The notes under the pieces were generated by a model. That model saw only the letters and a list, made by a program, of their open reading frames with translations, made no database searches and was not told where the DNA came from. 64,000 bases of DNA, taken from positions 215,452,001 through 215,516,000 of the forward strand of contig NC_086097.1 of assembly GCF_963921235.1 (NCBI RefSeq). The letters run 5' to 3'. This DNA comes from Mobula hypostoma. Lineage: Eukaryota. Positions 1-11,800 of this stretch are shown here, piece after piece. A program made the position numbers and the translations under genes. Every line of letters begins with the position of its first letter. Within the stretch, counting starts at the first letter, position 1.

Positions 1-2350
1 CTGATCATCCAACTCAGAACCCCGCCCCAGCCTTCCCTCCATACCCGCTGATCCCCGTCGCCACAAGGGCCATATCTAACTCCCTCTTAAATATAGCCAA
101 TGAACTGGCCTCAACTGCTTCCTGTGGCAGAGAATTCCACAGATTCACCACTCTCTGTGTGAAGAAGTTTTTCCTCATCTCGGTCCTAAAAGGCTTCCCC
201 TATATCCTCAAACTGTGACCCCTTGTTCTGGACTTCCCCAACATCGGGAACAATCTTCCTGCATCTAGCCTGTCCAATCCCTTTAGGATTTCATACGTTT
301 CAATCAGATCCCCGCTCAATCTTCTAAATTCCAACGAGTACAAGCCCAGGTCATCCAGTCTTTCTTCATGTGAAAGTCCTGCCATCCCAGGAATCAATCT
401 GGTGAACCTTCTTTGTACTCCCTCTATGGCAAGGATGTCTTTCCTCAGATTAGGGGACCAAAACTGCACACAATACTCCAGGTGTGGTCTCACCAAGGCC
501 TTGTACAACTGCAGTAGTACCTCCCTGCTCCTGTACTCGAATCCTCTCGCTATAAATGCCAGCATACCATTCGCCTTTTTCACCGCCTGCTGTACCTGCA
601 TGCCCACTTTCAATGACTGGTGTATAATGACACCCAGGTCTCGTTGCACCTCCCCTTTTCCTAATCGGCCACCATTCAGATAATAATCTGTTTTCCTATT
701 TTTGCCACCAAAGTGGATAACTTCACATTTATCCACATTAAATTGCATCTGCCATGAATTTGCCCACTCACCCAACCTATCCAAGTCACCCTGCATCCTC
801 TTAGCATCCTCCTCACAGCTAACACTGCCACCCAGCTTCGTGTCATCCGCAAACTTGGAGATGCTGCATTTAATTCCCTCATCCAAGTCATTAATATATA
901 TTGTAAACAACTGGGGTCCCAGCACTGAGCCTTGCAGTACCCCACTAGTCACCGCCTGCCATTCTGAAAAGGTCCCGTTTATTCCCACTCTTTGCTTCCT
1001 GTCTGCTAACCAATTCTCCACCCACACCAATACCTTACCCCCAATACCATGTGATTTAAGTTTGCACACTAATCTCCTATGTGGGACCTTGTCAAAAGCC
1101 TTTTGAAAATCCAAATATACCACATCCACTGGTTCTCCCCCATCCACTCTACTAGTTACAACCTCAAAAAATTCAATGAGATTCGTCAGACATGATTTAC
1201 CTTTCACAAATCCATGCTGACTTTGTCCGATGATTTCACCGCTTTCCAAATGTGCTGTTATCACATCTTTGATAACTGACTCCAGCAGTTTCCCCACCAC
1301 CGACGTTAGGCTAACCGGTCTATAATTCCCCGGTTTCTCTCTCCCTCCTTTTTTAAAAAGTGGAGTTACATTAGCCACCCTCCAATTCTCAGGAACTAGT
1401 CCAGAATCTAACGAGTTTTGAAAAATTATCACTAATGCATCCACTATTTCTTGGGCTACTTCCTTAAGCACTCTGGGATGCAGACCATCTGGCCCTGGGG
1501 ATTTATCTGCCTTCAATCCCTCCAATTTACCTAACACCACTTCCCTACTAACAAGTATTTCGCTCAGTTCCTCCATCTCACTGGACCCTCTGTCCCCTAC
1601 TATTTCTGGAAGATTATTTATGTCCTCCTTAGTGAAGACAGAACCAAAGTAATTATTCAATTGGTCTGCCATGTCCTTGCTCCCCATAATCAATTCACCT
1701 GTTTCTGTCTGTAGGGGACCTACATTTGTCTTTACCAGTCTTTTCCTTTTTACATATCTATAAAAGCTTTTACAGTCAGTTCTTATGTTCCCTGCCAGTT
1801 TTCTCTCATAATCTTTTTTCCCCTTCCTAATTAAGCCCTTTGTCCTCCTCTGCTGAACTCTGAATTTCTCCCAGTCTTCAGGTGAGCCACTTTCTCTGGC
1901 TAATTTGTATGCTTCTTCTTTGGAATTGATACTATCCCTAATTTCTCTTGTCAGCCACGGGTGCACTACCTTCCTTGATTTATTCTTTTGCCAAACTGGG
2001 ATGAACAATTGTTGTAGTTCATCCATGCAACCTTTAAATGCTTGCCATTGCATATCCACCGTCAATCCTTTAAGTGTCATTTGCCAGTCTATCTTAGCTA
2101 ATTCACGTCTCATACCTTCAAAGTTACCCTTCTTTAAGTTCAGATCCTTTGTTTCTGAATTAACTATGTCACTCTCCATCTTAATGAAGAATTCCACCAT
2201 ATTATGGTCACTCTTACCCAAGGGGCCTCTCACGACAAGATTGCTAATTAACCCTTCCTCATTGCTCAAAACCCAGTCTAGAATAGCCTGCTCTCTGGTT
2301 GGTTCCTCGACATGTTGGTTCAAAAAACCATCCCGCATACATTCCAAGAA
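1..2350 (-). mobile_element. Young CR1-clade LINE, 5'-truncated (ORF2: end of AP endonuclease plus reverse transcriptase); 3' UTR runs off the window start
   Basis: 715-aa ORF 200..2347 with the APE C-terminal motif (ILDWVL...LGKSDH), RT motifs (PGPDG, NYRPVSL, QHGF, YLDFQKAFD, QGSVLGP, KFADD) and the CR1 C-terminus (VRPHLEYCVQFWSP). Premature TAG at 200-202 where sister copies have GAG. Confidence 0.96.
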
Positions 2351-5220
2351 TCCTGCACAAAGACTTGAAAGTCCCTTTGCACCTCAGATTTTTTTTGTAT
2401 TTTTCCTCCATTTAGGAGATAGTCAACCCCTACATTTCTTCTACCGAAGTTCATGAGCATACACTTCCTGCCACTGTATTCCATCTGCCATTTCTTTGCC
2501 CATTCTCCTAATCTGTCAAAGTCCTTCTGTTACTTCCTCAAAGCTACCTGCCCCTCCACCTATCTTCATATCATCTACAAACGTTGCAACAAAGCCATCA
2601 ATTCCATCATCGGAATTATTGATATATAGCGTAAATAGAATCAGTCCCAACACAGATACCAGTGGAACAGCGCTAGTCACCGGCAGCCAACCAGAAAAGG
2701 ATCTGTTTATTTCCAATTTTTGCCTTCTGCTAATCAACCACTACCTTATGCATGTCAGAATCTTTCTTGTAATATCATCGGCTCATAACTTGCTAAACAG
2801 CCTTACGTGTGGCACCTTGTCAAAGGCCTTCTGAAAATCCAAGTACACAATATCAACCAATTCTCCTTTGTCTAACCTGCTTGTTATTTTTTTCAAAGAA
2901 TTCCAACAGATTTGTCAGGCAAGACTTTCCCTTGAGGAAACCATGCTGTTTTATTATGTACCCCGAAAGCACGTCCTTAACAATCGGCTCCAACACCCTC
3001 CCAACCACTGAGGTCAGACTAACTGCCCTATAATTTCCTTTCTTCTGCCTCTCTCCCTTCTTGAAGAATTCAGTGACATTTGAAATTTCCAGTCTTCCAG
3101 AACCATTCCAGAATCTAGTGATTCTTGAAAGATCTTTACTAATGCCTCTATGATTTCTTCAGGCACCTCTTTCAGGACCCTGGGTGTTCACCATCTGGTC
3201 CAATTGACTTATCTAGCATCAGATCTTTCAGTTTCCCAAGAAACTTCCCTTTATATATGGAATTTCACACACTTCATGACCACTGACACCTGGAACATCC
3301 ACCAAACTGCTAATGTCTTCCACAGTGAAGACTGATACAAAATACATAAACACGAGGAAATCTGCAGATGTTGGAAATTCAAGCAACACACATCAAAGTT
3401 GCTGCTTGGCCTGCTGCGTTCACCAGCAACTCTGATGTGTGTTGCTACAAAATACTTTTTCAGTTCATATGGCATTTCCTTGTCCACCCATTACTATCTC
3501 TCCAACATCATTTTCCAGTGGTCCAATATCCATTCTTGTCTCTATTTTACACTTTATGTATCTGAAGAAACTTTGGGTATCCTCTTTAATATTATTGGCT
3601 AGACTACTTTCATATTCCATCTTTATCTTCTTAATAACTTTTTAGTTGCATTCTGTTCTTTTTTAAAAGTTTCTCAATCCTCTAACTTCCCACTAAATTT
3701 GCCCTATTATATGCCCGCTCTTTGGTTTTTGTGTTGGCTTTGACTTTTCTTGTTAACCTCGGTTATGTTATCTTTCTTATAGTATACTTATTCCTCTGCG
3801 CCTTCTGATTTATTTCCAGAAATTCCAGCAAGTGCTGCTCTGCCATTATCACTGCCAGTGTTCTTTTCAAACCAATTCTGGTCAACTCCTCTCTCATGCA
3901 TCTGTAATTCCCTTTACTCCACTGTAATAATGATACATCTGTCTTTAGCTTCTTCTCAAATTGCAGGGTTGAATTTGATCATATTATGATCACTCTCGCC
4001 TAAGGGTTCTTTTACCTTATGCTCTGTAATCAATTCTGGTTCATTGCACAACACCCATTTCAGTATAGGTGATACTGTAGTGGGCTGAACCAGGAGCTGC
4101 TCTAAAACGCCAACTCTAGAAATTTCCCCTCCTGGGATCTTGCACCAACTTGATTTTCCCAATCTACCTGCAGATTGAAATCCCCCATGACTATTGTAAT
4201 ATTGGCCTTTTGGCATGCATTTTCTATCTCCCATTGTTAACTTGTAGGCCATATCCATATTACTGTTTGGGGATGTGTATACAACTCCCATCAGGGTTTT
4301 TTATGCAGTGTTCCTCAGCTTTATCCATAATAATTCTACACCTTTTGAACCTATGTTGCCTCTTTATAATGATTTGATTTCATTTTTTACCAAAAGAACA
4401 GTGCTGAAACCGCCTTCCTGCCTGTCCTTTTGATACAATATGTATCCTTTGACATAAAGCTCCCAGCTATGATCGTCCTTGCGCATGATTCAGTAATGCC
4501 TACATCATACCTGCCAACCTGCAACTCTGTTGGAAGTTCATCTACCTTACTCCCTGTCCTGCTCATATTCAAATGCATCTTTAGTCCTGTATTCACCCTT
4601 TTTGATCTTGTCTGTCCTTTATGTTGCAACTCGTGCTGTTGACAGCACTTTTGCCCTATCAACAGCCACTTTTCACTACACATAGCCTCTGTTCGTAAAC
4701 CAATTACTTCATCTTCAGCTCTATCTTCCGTCTTTCCGACGATACTTGTTGCATTGAAATACATGCAGCTCAGGACACCAGTTGTACCATGCTACAAACC
4801 TTCCTGCGAAGATATTAGTCCCCTCCAGTTCAGGTGCAAACCATCCCTTCTGTACAGGTCCCACCTTCCCTGGAAGAGAGCCCAATGATCCAAAAATCTT
4901 AGACCCTCTCTCCTACACCAACCCCTTAGCCACATATTAAACTGTGTATTCTTCCTAATTCTGGCCTCACTTGCACGTGGCACGAGTAGCAATCCTGAGA
5001 TCACAACTCTGGAGGTCCTGCCCTTTAACTCAGCACCTAACTCCTATTCAGAACTTTATCACTCATCCTACCCATGTCATTGGTACCTACATGGACCACA
5101 ACTTCTGGTTGTTCACCCTCCCAATTAAGAACGCTGAGGACTCGATCGAAGATATGCTGGACCCTGGCACCCAGGAGGCAACATACCATCTAGGAATCTC
5201 AGTCTTGCCCACAGACTTGA
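2351..5220 (-). mobile_element. Older degenerate CR1 LINE (RT and endonuclease remnants plus ORF1 SGNH-esterase remnant), host of the young copy
   Basis: Broken ORFs: VTSAVPLVSVLGLILFTLYINN..FVDD (RT), GVVYTSPN and EPLGESDHNMIKF (APE), WLRGWCRREGLRFLDHW..DGLHLNWRG (CR1 ORF1 esterase-like). Confidence 0.9.
3346..3446. mobile_element. Miniature palindromic Penelope-like (pLTR-derived) insertion with TSD
   Basis: Flanked by direct repeat TACAAAATAC (3336-3345 / 3446-3455). 23-bp inverted arms 3382-3404 / 3424-3446. Same termini as the element at 9859-10081. Confidence 0.8.
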
Positions 5221-5569
5221 GTTGCATCAGGTCCACATAATTTTAAGATTAGTTGGTATTTTTGTTATGATATTTCAAAGAAAATCTCAGTTCTACAAAT
5301 ACAAAGCCATGAAACAAATGAACACAATCATCTAGAAAATATATTCAATTTGCTTTTCTTACCAATCTATTCCTCATTTCACTAATATAGTATTACTTTC
5401 ACTTTACTTCAGATGATATTCTCCATTTAAACATTTTGTACTTTTTGTTGAGCTTAAATAGCAGTCACTTGTGTTCACAGGATGCACGGCATCCAATGTT
5501 GGCCTGTGATTTACTGAGGATGATTAACAAGAAACAGGTAGTATCAATGCATACTCCAAACACTGGGAA

Positions 5570-5650
5570 CTCCTGAGAAACGCTGTCTCATTCTGCCCTG
5601 CAGAGCTGATGTACGGTTAGAATGACAATAAAGTTCTTGAATCTTGAGTC
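5570..5650 (+). mobile_element. About 80-bp 3' tail of the Rex1/Babar-type LINE family also found at 35593-37215
   Basis: CTCCTGAGAAAYGCTGTCTCATTCTGCCCTGCAGAGCTGATGTACGGTTAGAATGACAA matches the reverse complement of ~35616-35674. Ends in AATAAA plus (CTTGAAT)-like repeats. Confidence 0.85.
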
Positions 5651-6589
5651 TTATTGGACAAAAAAATACATGACAAGTTGCACCGCCATTCTTCACACAT
5701 CAGACTATGTGGTAAAACAGACAGCAGTTCCCCTCGGGATCTTATCTTCGTCTGCTGAGAAGTGAGCCAGTAGTTTAAGAACTCCAAATGTGATTCAGAG
5801 TATAGAGGCACACAGTATTTGATGGAGCTAAGAGGAATGTAATACCATCCAGAGTGTTGGTGCCCGCTCACCCACACTAGTCATGACTGAGCTGATTGAT
5901 TTCCATGTTAGGACTGCCCCTGGCCACTGTGAGCAGCAAACTGATGAGTGCATGCAGTCCACAAATTGTTTTTGCATCCAGACTCTAATTGCTGAATGGA
6001 ACTCCAGAGCATTAACCCGCCTAGTGCTGGCCCTTGAGAAGTGAGACAGCAAATTACTTTATTGAAGTGATAGAGCAGATCCTCTAATTGCTGACTCACT
6101 CTCGAACCCGATGAAATATTTCTTTTGTGGATTAATAATGATAAGCAGGAATTCATCCCGGAACCTCCAATTTTCTCTGGGCAGCAGAAGGAACATTGAC
6201 TTAATGCCATTGATTTATTACGTATTATATTGGATGCATGACTGATGCAGAGGTAACAGCAGCTTTACTAAAGCAAATAATGTACAGAAGAGCATGGCAA
6301 GTTTCCTTACAAAGTTAATGAATCACCATGTGATCCACCTCACACAGGGTGTTTTTAATACACATGAAATATGCGTGCTACTGAGTTATAGGCAGATACC
6401 TTTTCTCCAACAATTGACAAGCCTGGCCTAGCGCTAATTTGATAAAAGACCAAAGTAGTTAATTTAATGGGTCAGTAATCTAGAGAACCAGATGACTGTT
6501 CCAAAGAGACAAGCTCAAATCCAATGACAGCAAATGGGGAATTTAAATTCAGTCAATTAAATAAAATTTGGCATATTTTTTGAATAATA

Positions 6590-6730
6590 TAACATAGAAC
6601 AGTACAGGACTTTGGCCCCAATATTGTGTTAAACTTTTAACTTATTCCAAAATTTATCTAATGTTTCCCTCCCACATAGCCCTCCATTTTTATTTCATCC
6701 ATGTACCTACCTAACAGTGTCTTAAGTAAT
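6590..6730 (-). mobile_element. Old CR1 3' end fragment
   Basis: AACATAGAACAGTACAG tail and degenerate CR1 3' UTR on the reverse strand. Confidence 0.55.
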
Positions 6731-6744
6731 GCGACTATCAACCT

Positions 6745-7575
6745 TTGAGATTGCCACCAGCATATAACCTGTACCACCAGAGGTCCCAACATACTAAACC
6801 ACTGTTATACTAAGATAAGGAATGCCTACTATCCCATGCCCAGACCACATTTCGGTAAATCGGATCACTTGGTTGTTCTTCTCCAACCTGCATACAGGCA
6901 GAGACTAAACAGCAAATTTCCAGAGATTATGACAACAAAAAGGTGGTTGCAGGAGGAAAAGGCCAGCTGTGGGATTGCTTCGAGTCAGTGGACTGGGCTG
7001 TGTTCAAGGACTCACCTGTGATATGGTCTGAATGAATACACCATGGTTGCCATGGGCTTTACTAAAACAGTTGTAGATGAGTGTGTCCCCACAAAATCAT
7101 TCCCCAACCAGAAGCCCTGGATGAACCATGAGATCTGAAACCCGCTGAGGCCCAGATCACAGGTGTTCAGGTCTGTTGACCAAGAAAGAAACAAGAAGTC
7201 CAAGTAAGATCTTCAGAAAGCCATCTGACAGGTGAAGTGGCAATTCCAGACGAAACCTGATTCAACAAAGAATGCTCAACAGTCGTGGCAGGACTTGAAT
7301 ACTATCACCTCTTATAAAGTTAAATCAAGCAACACAGGAAACAGTAGGGCTTCACTTCCAGATGAGCTCAATTCCTTCTGTGCTTTCTTTGATGGTCAAA
7401 CCATGCAGGAACCATCATGTACTCCCACACCCACTGATAGTCCTGTGAATTCAGTCTCTTGAGGCCATTGTGTGAGCAGCCTTCAGGAGGTGAAACCACA
7501 AAATGCTTTCGACCCAGATAAGGTACTTGGCCAAGTTCTAAAGACCTGTGCTGATCAACTGGCTGGAGTATTCCA
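6745..7575 (+). mobile_element. Degenerate Rex1/Babar-type LINE fragment (endonuclease end to pre-RT region)
   Basis: Translates to TRGPNILNHCYTKIRNAY..PRPHFGKSDHLVVLLQPAYRQRL, LPDELNSF and [15 protein letters not shown], with stops and frameshifts. Confidence 0.85.
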
Positions 7576-9194
7576 TTTTTTGGCTTTACTAACATTAAGT
7601 ACAAGGCTGAACCTGTATGCCTTATTGCCACCATCTGATATTCTGCTGACAACAGTGTGCCATCAGTGAATTTTTAGATGACACCTTCAGTTTGCTAATA
7701 AAGTTTAGGGATAGAACTCTGCCAGCATTTCCTATTCTGGCCCATATTTGACTGCAGACCCAATATAGTTGACTCTCAACTGCACTCTAAAATGGATAAA
7801 CAAGGGGTAGGGCCCTATAGTCTTTTTGATGCTGAAATTAAATATTGCCTTGTTAATGAAGCCTACATTCTGTGCCTGCAGGATCGCTGACCTCCCCACA
7901 TATATCAAAACTGGTCAGGTAATATAATGTTGCCAAAACAAGTTGATGCATCCGTGGCAATTTTAAGTCTTGTTATGACTCTGGTTCCAGATATTAAAGA
8001 GGTTTAGAAAGCCATTTTAATTACTGGTGCACTATTAATTACTTAATGTACATAGATTTTTGTTCCTTCAAAAATACAGTGGGTGGCTTAGTGGGAGGAA
8101 AAAAATAATATAAATTGCATACTTCATCAGAGATAGACTAAGTAATGCCATCAACAAGTATTTTTTAATCAACCCTACAGACTGAACATATCATAATTGT
8201 CATGTATTTCCCTTGGATTTTAGACAAAGAGGCTACAATTAACTAAAGCAGTTGTGAAGAACCAATGAAGAACAAATGTAATTAACAACATAATCTAAAA
8301 CAAAAATATAATTTTAGCAGTGTTTCATGGTAACATTGTGATTGTGACTTCCTTGTTCACCCAATATTTGGAAAATGCTATAAGGTACACCAATATAATG
8401 AATCAAAACTGATAGACTTGTAGGTTGCCATAGAAACTTGTCTAATTATGATAATCAGTCCCTGGTGTACAACCCAGTGTTAGATGCTCTGTTAAATGAA
8501 ATAAACATTAGGCATTATTTAGTGAGCTGTGATATCAATGGTAGATGCAGAAGATTATATCTACTGTATTATATATTCTTTCTGTATATGTACATCAAAA
8601 AGCATGGTTCACAAACTATTATTGTATGAAAGTGATTTTTTTTCTAACTAAATGTGGTCTAAAGTTCTACTCCATTTACAATGTTTCCTACATGGACTTG
8701 CTATATAATTCTTAAATTCACGAAACTTACATTTGAAACATATTAATGAAAAAGAAACATCTACATGTTCTAGATTTTGAGCAATGTTAACTCACAGAAA
8801 CTTCACCTGTGAATGTCAATATTGAATTTAGTTCATGAATTCTTTATAGTTCTGGAATTTAAACATAGTGTAATCTTAAAAAGAAGCTGAATAAAATATT
8901 CTGCCATAGTTGTGTTCAGTTATGCTACTGCCAGGATGAAGTCAAGATATTTTTCATTACGAAGTTAGGACAAATGCATTAATGCAAATTGTTTCTTTTT
9001 ATTCCCTCTTAGTTTTGGAACATTAGCTTGATAATTCTTCATAATAAAGTAGACAGCTGATGATGCAAATAAAAAATCTTTTGAAACATTTTACATTCTT
9101 GAAAAGCATCTCTTCTAATGTTCTTGTGGTGAAGACAAGAGGTTTTGAGTGATTTCAGCTAAGTGGCTAGGTGTTGTGAGACGTCCGAGGACAG

Positions 9195-9490
9195 AACGGT
9201 AATATAGGAGTTAGCGTAACGTTATTACTGTGATCGCAGTCATCCCAGTTCAATTCCCAACACCGCCTGTAAGGAATTTGTACGTTCCCTCTGCGTGTGT
9301 TTCCTCCAGGTGCTCACCCACATTCCCAAAACATACAAGATAGTGTTACTGAGTTGTGGGCATGCAATGTTGGTGCTGCAAGTGTGCGACACCAGCACAA
9401 TCCTGACTTGATTTGTCGCAGACACATTTCGCTGTACGTTTCATTCTTTCGATGGACATGTCACTAATAAAGCTGATCTTTCATATCTTT
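9195..9490 (+). mobile_element. tRNA-derived V-domain SINE (HE1-like)
   Basis: B-box-like GTTCAATTCC, V-domain TTTCCTCCAGGTGCTC..CCCACATTCCCAAA, tail ACATGTCACTAATAAAGCTGATCTT shared with the copies at 31865 and 43163. Confidence 0.75.
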
Positions 9491-9858
9491 CTTTTAAATG
9501 CCTCCCAACACCATCCTCCCTGCAGACAGGTAGAATTAATCATTGTTTGAAACAGGCTTCACAAAGAAGAATGCTGAACTGTTGAGCAAGGTTAACAATG
9601 AAACTTGAGCAACCTATCTTAAAACTGGAAATCCATAAATGGTTCAAATATAACGCTACTGTATTATACCACCTACACTCTTCTACTGATCTATTAATAA
9701 TAAACCATATTTGAATGAGCCTCCATCGGTCAGGGCCGATCATAACTGTCTAGATATCCAAGCTTGGGCAGTACGATATGGAGAGCAAGCTGTTGCCCAT
9801 GTAGCAAGCTCCTCCCTCTACACATCTGATGAACCCAAAGGAACAGAAGATCGATAGA

Positions 9859-10081
9859 CACGAGGAATTCTGCAGATGCTGGAAATTCAAGCAACACACA
9901 TCAAAGTTGCTGGTGAATGCAGCAGGCCAGGCAGCATCTCTAGGAAGAGGGACAGTCGACGTTTTGGGCCGGGACCCGAAGGGTCCTGATGAAGGGTCTC
10001 GGCCCGAAATGTCGACTGTACCTCTTCCTAGAGATGCTGTCTGGCCTGCTGTGTTCACCAGCAACTTTGATGTATGTTGCT
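9859..10081. mobile_element. Palindromic Penelope-like pLTR insertion with 14-bp TSD
   Basis: 88-bp inverted arms 9890-9977 / 9994-10081 (8 mismatches by my count). TSD AGAAGATCRATAGA at 9845-9858 / 10082-10095. About 31-bp unpaired extension on the left. Contains a hammerhead core. Confidence 0.85.
9983..10016 (+). ncRNA. Minimal type I hammerhead ribozyme motif (PLE-type)
   Basis: GUC-CUGAUGA-A-GGG(UCUCGG)CCC-GAAA-U-GUC/GAC: stem I GUC:GAC, conserved CUGAUGA and GAAA boxes, stem II GGG:CCC, GUC cleavage triplet. Stem III reads AUGU here; the opposite arm has the palindromic ACGU. Confidence 0.75.
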
Positions 10082-11700
10082 AGAAGATCAATAGAGTTTG
10101 GTACCAGCAGTGTTGCAGGATTTGCTAGTGTTGAACTCAACGTAGGACTGCCTTAGGGATTCCATCTCCGGATTTTTCCCTCGTGGTTTACTCCTGAAGT
10201 CTTCCCCATGAGTACGTATAGCCACAAAGCAGCGGAGGTTTGAGATCAAAGTTTTCCTTTTCCTAGATGAGCTGCCAACCATGGCTGACAAGCCCTAACT
10301 GCTCAAAACAAAGGCTTTTAAGGTGCCAGTAACCTGCTTGGCCCCTTCTCCTGTCAGTAGAAACTGTTCCGGCCAGGCTTAGTAGCTAAGCCACACGTGA
10401 AGGCTGAGAGCTGGACTTGGTTGTCAGAGGCTACCTGAGGCACACACCATCGGAAGCATTTACTCGGTCATTGGAGCTTATCCCCATTACCACCCCCAGC
10501 TATAACAACCTTAAGGAACTGAACCACATTTAGTAGCAAAGCTTTAAAGTACTGTTTATCTCCATATTAATACAGTCTAACAAATTCTATCGAAGAGTTT
10601 AGTTCAACCTGATGAGACCAAACAATGCTACATTTGCCATTTTAGTGAAGGTAAAGTTGTTATGTGAGCAGTCTGTGGTCATGAGACCTTGATGATAATA
10701 CTGAATTGCTCAGGTGAACCTAATGATTGATTATCAAAGACAGAAGTTTATTTCTCTTTAAAAATGGATGCTGCTTGTTTGTTAACACTCCAACAGTAAA
10801 TCTGCCTCCTCGTGACTACAGGGTTATAGTTTTTTTAAAATTATGGATTATTGAACAAACATATGCTAAGGTGTAAAAGCAGGTCTACCTTCCACATACA
10901 CTCAATAAAATACTTCTTTCCCTTCTCACCTGCCTTCCTTTCCTCTTCCAAAGAAATGCTAAAGTTCTCCTGAGCAAGTATAGAATTTTAAACCTTTCCT
11001 TTAAAAAGTGGTTATTTTTCACTCTGCTGGCATTAAAATCCTTTGAGTTAAGTGTGCCACTAGCCCAATCGGAAAGATTCACTCTGCACTGGGCACTAAA
11101 ACCATCCAGCTCTCTGCTTCTGAAATCCACAGCCATTGATAAATTATTAAACTTGACTATCAGGTGAGGGGACACTTTCACAAGCCACTTCAGCACCTGT
11201 CATCACCTGCTGTGAAAGAATAAATAGGCTAGGCCTCCTTGATATAAATCAGCAATGACCTGCATGTCCCCAGTTAGAACTAGTTTCATCTGGATTTAGT
11301 AGTGGCTGCCAGTGATTTCTAGGGTGACCCCACATTTTAATGTGTATAAAACTGGGATTTCTAATTTGCTAAATCAAAGCTTATAGTCAGAAATGCTGAT
11401 TAGGAAACTGACATTCATATCATCTGCAACACAGTAAGAGACACATATGAATTCAATTACATACTTCCTTTGAATTAAATGTTGAACAATTTGGCAACTT
11501 TCTATCTTCTGATTAATAAAAGAAATCACCAAAATATGAACAGTAGTGGTGATAGTGGAATGGTGCTTGTCAAAATATTACCTGAGGAAAGGAGGGTTTG
11601 GATTAACTCTCTCACACCTAGGAATTAGTGAATTTCCATTCCTTATGGTATTATAGTGACTAATGTCACAATCTTAATTCAGTGGAATAGGATCTGCATA

Positions 11701-11800
11701 TCAAGCAACACACACAAAATGCTGGAGGAACTCAGCAGGTCAGACAGCATCTACGGAAAAGGATAAACAGTTGATATTTCAGGCCGAGACCCTTCATCAT
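11701..11800 (-). mobile_element. Penelope-like pLTR fragment with degenerate hammerhead
   Basis: Reverse strand reads aTGATGAAGGGTCTCGGCCTGAAATATCAAC...GATGCTGTCTGACCTGCTGAGTTCCTCCAGCATTTTGTGTGTGTTGC. Confidence 0.75.

Larger units (their letters stand above)
9745..10520 (-). mobile_element. Repeat resembling the 5' UTR of an RTE-clade LINE, interrupted by a PLE palindrome
   Basis: GC-richer, sharply bounded block. The reverse strand has GGTTGGCAGCTCATCTAGG..AAAACT..GATCTCAAACCTCCGCTGC, which I recognise from RTE 5' regions (from memory, not searched). Confidence 0.55.

Noticed and set aside
402..1106. Recurrent ORFs MNLLCTPSM..., MPPKWITSH... and MGYRKAQC..., each present three times
   Set aside because: Antisense or alternate-frame shadows of the CR1 RT. 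They recur only because the element is repeated.
7882..7918. 37-nt AG/GT-bounded micro-exon
   Set aside because: Lies at the edge of a probable old SINE remnant and gives an immediate stop if joined to the 5481-5537 candidate.
10330..10440. Possible HDV-like ribozyme in the RTE-like 5' region (reverse strand GCC-UUCACGUGU-GGC, resembling a P3/L3 loop)
   Set aside because: I could not build convincing P1, P1.1 and P2 helices in this copy, and a competing hairpin GGCTTAG/CTAAGCC exists. A descriptor search on the family consensus would be needed.
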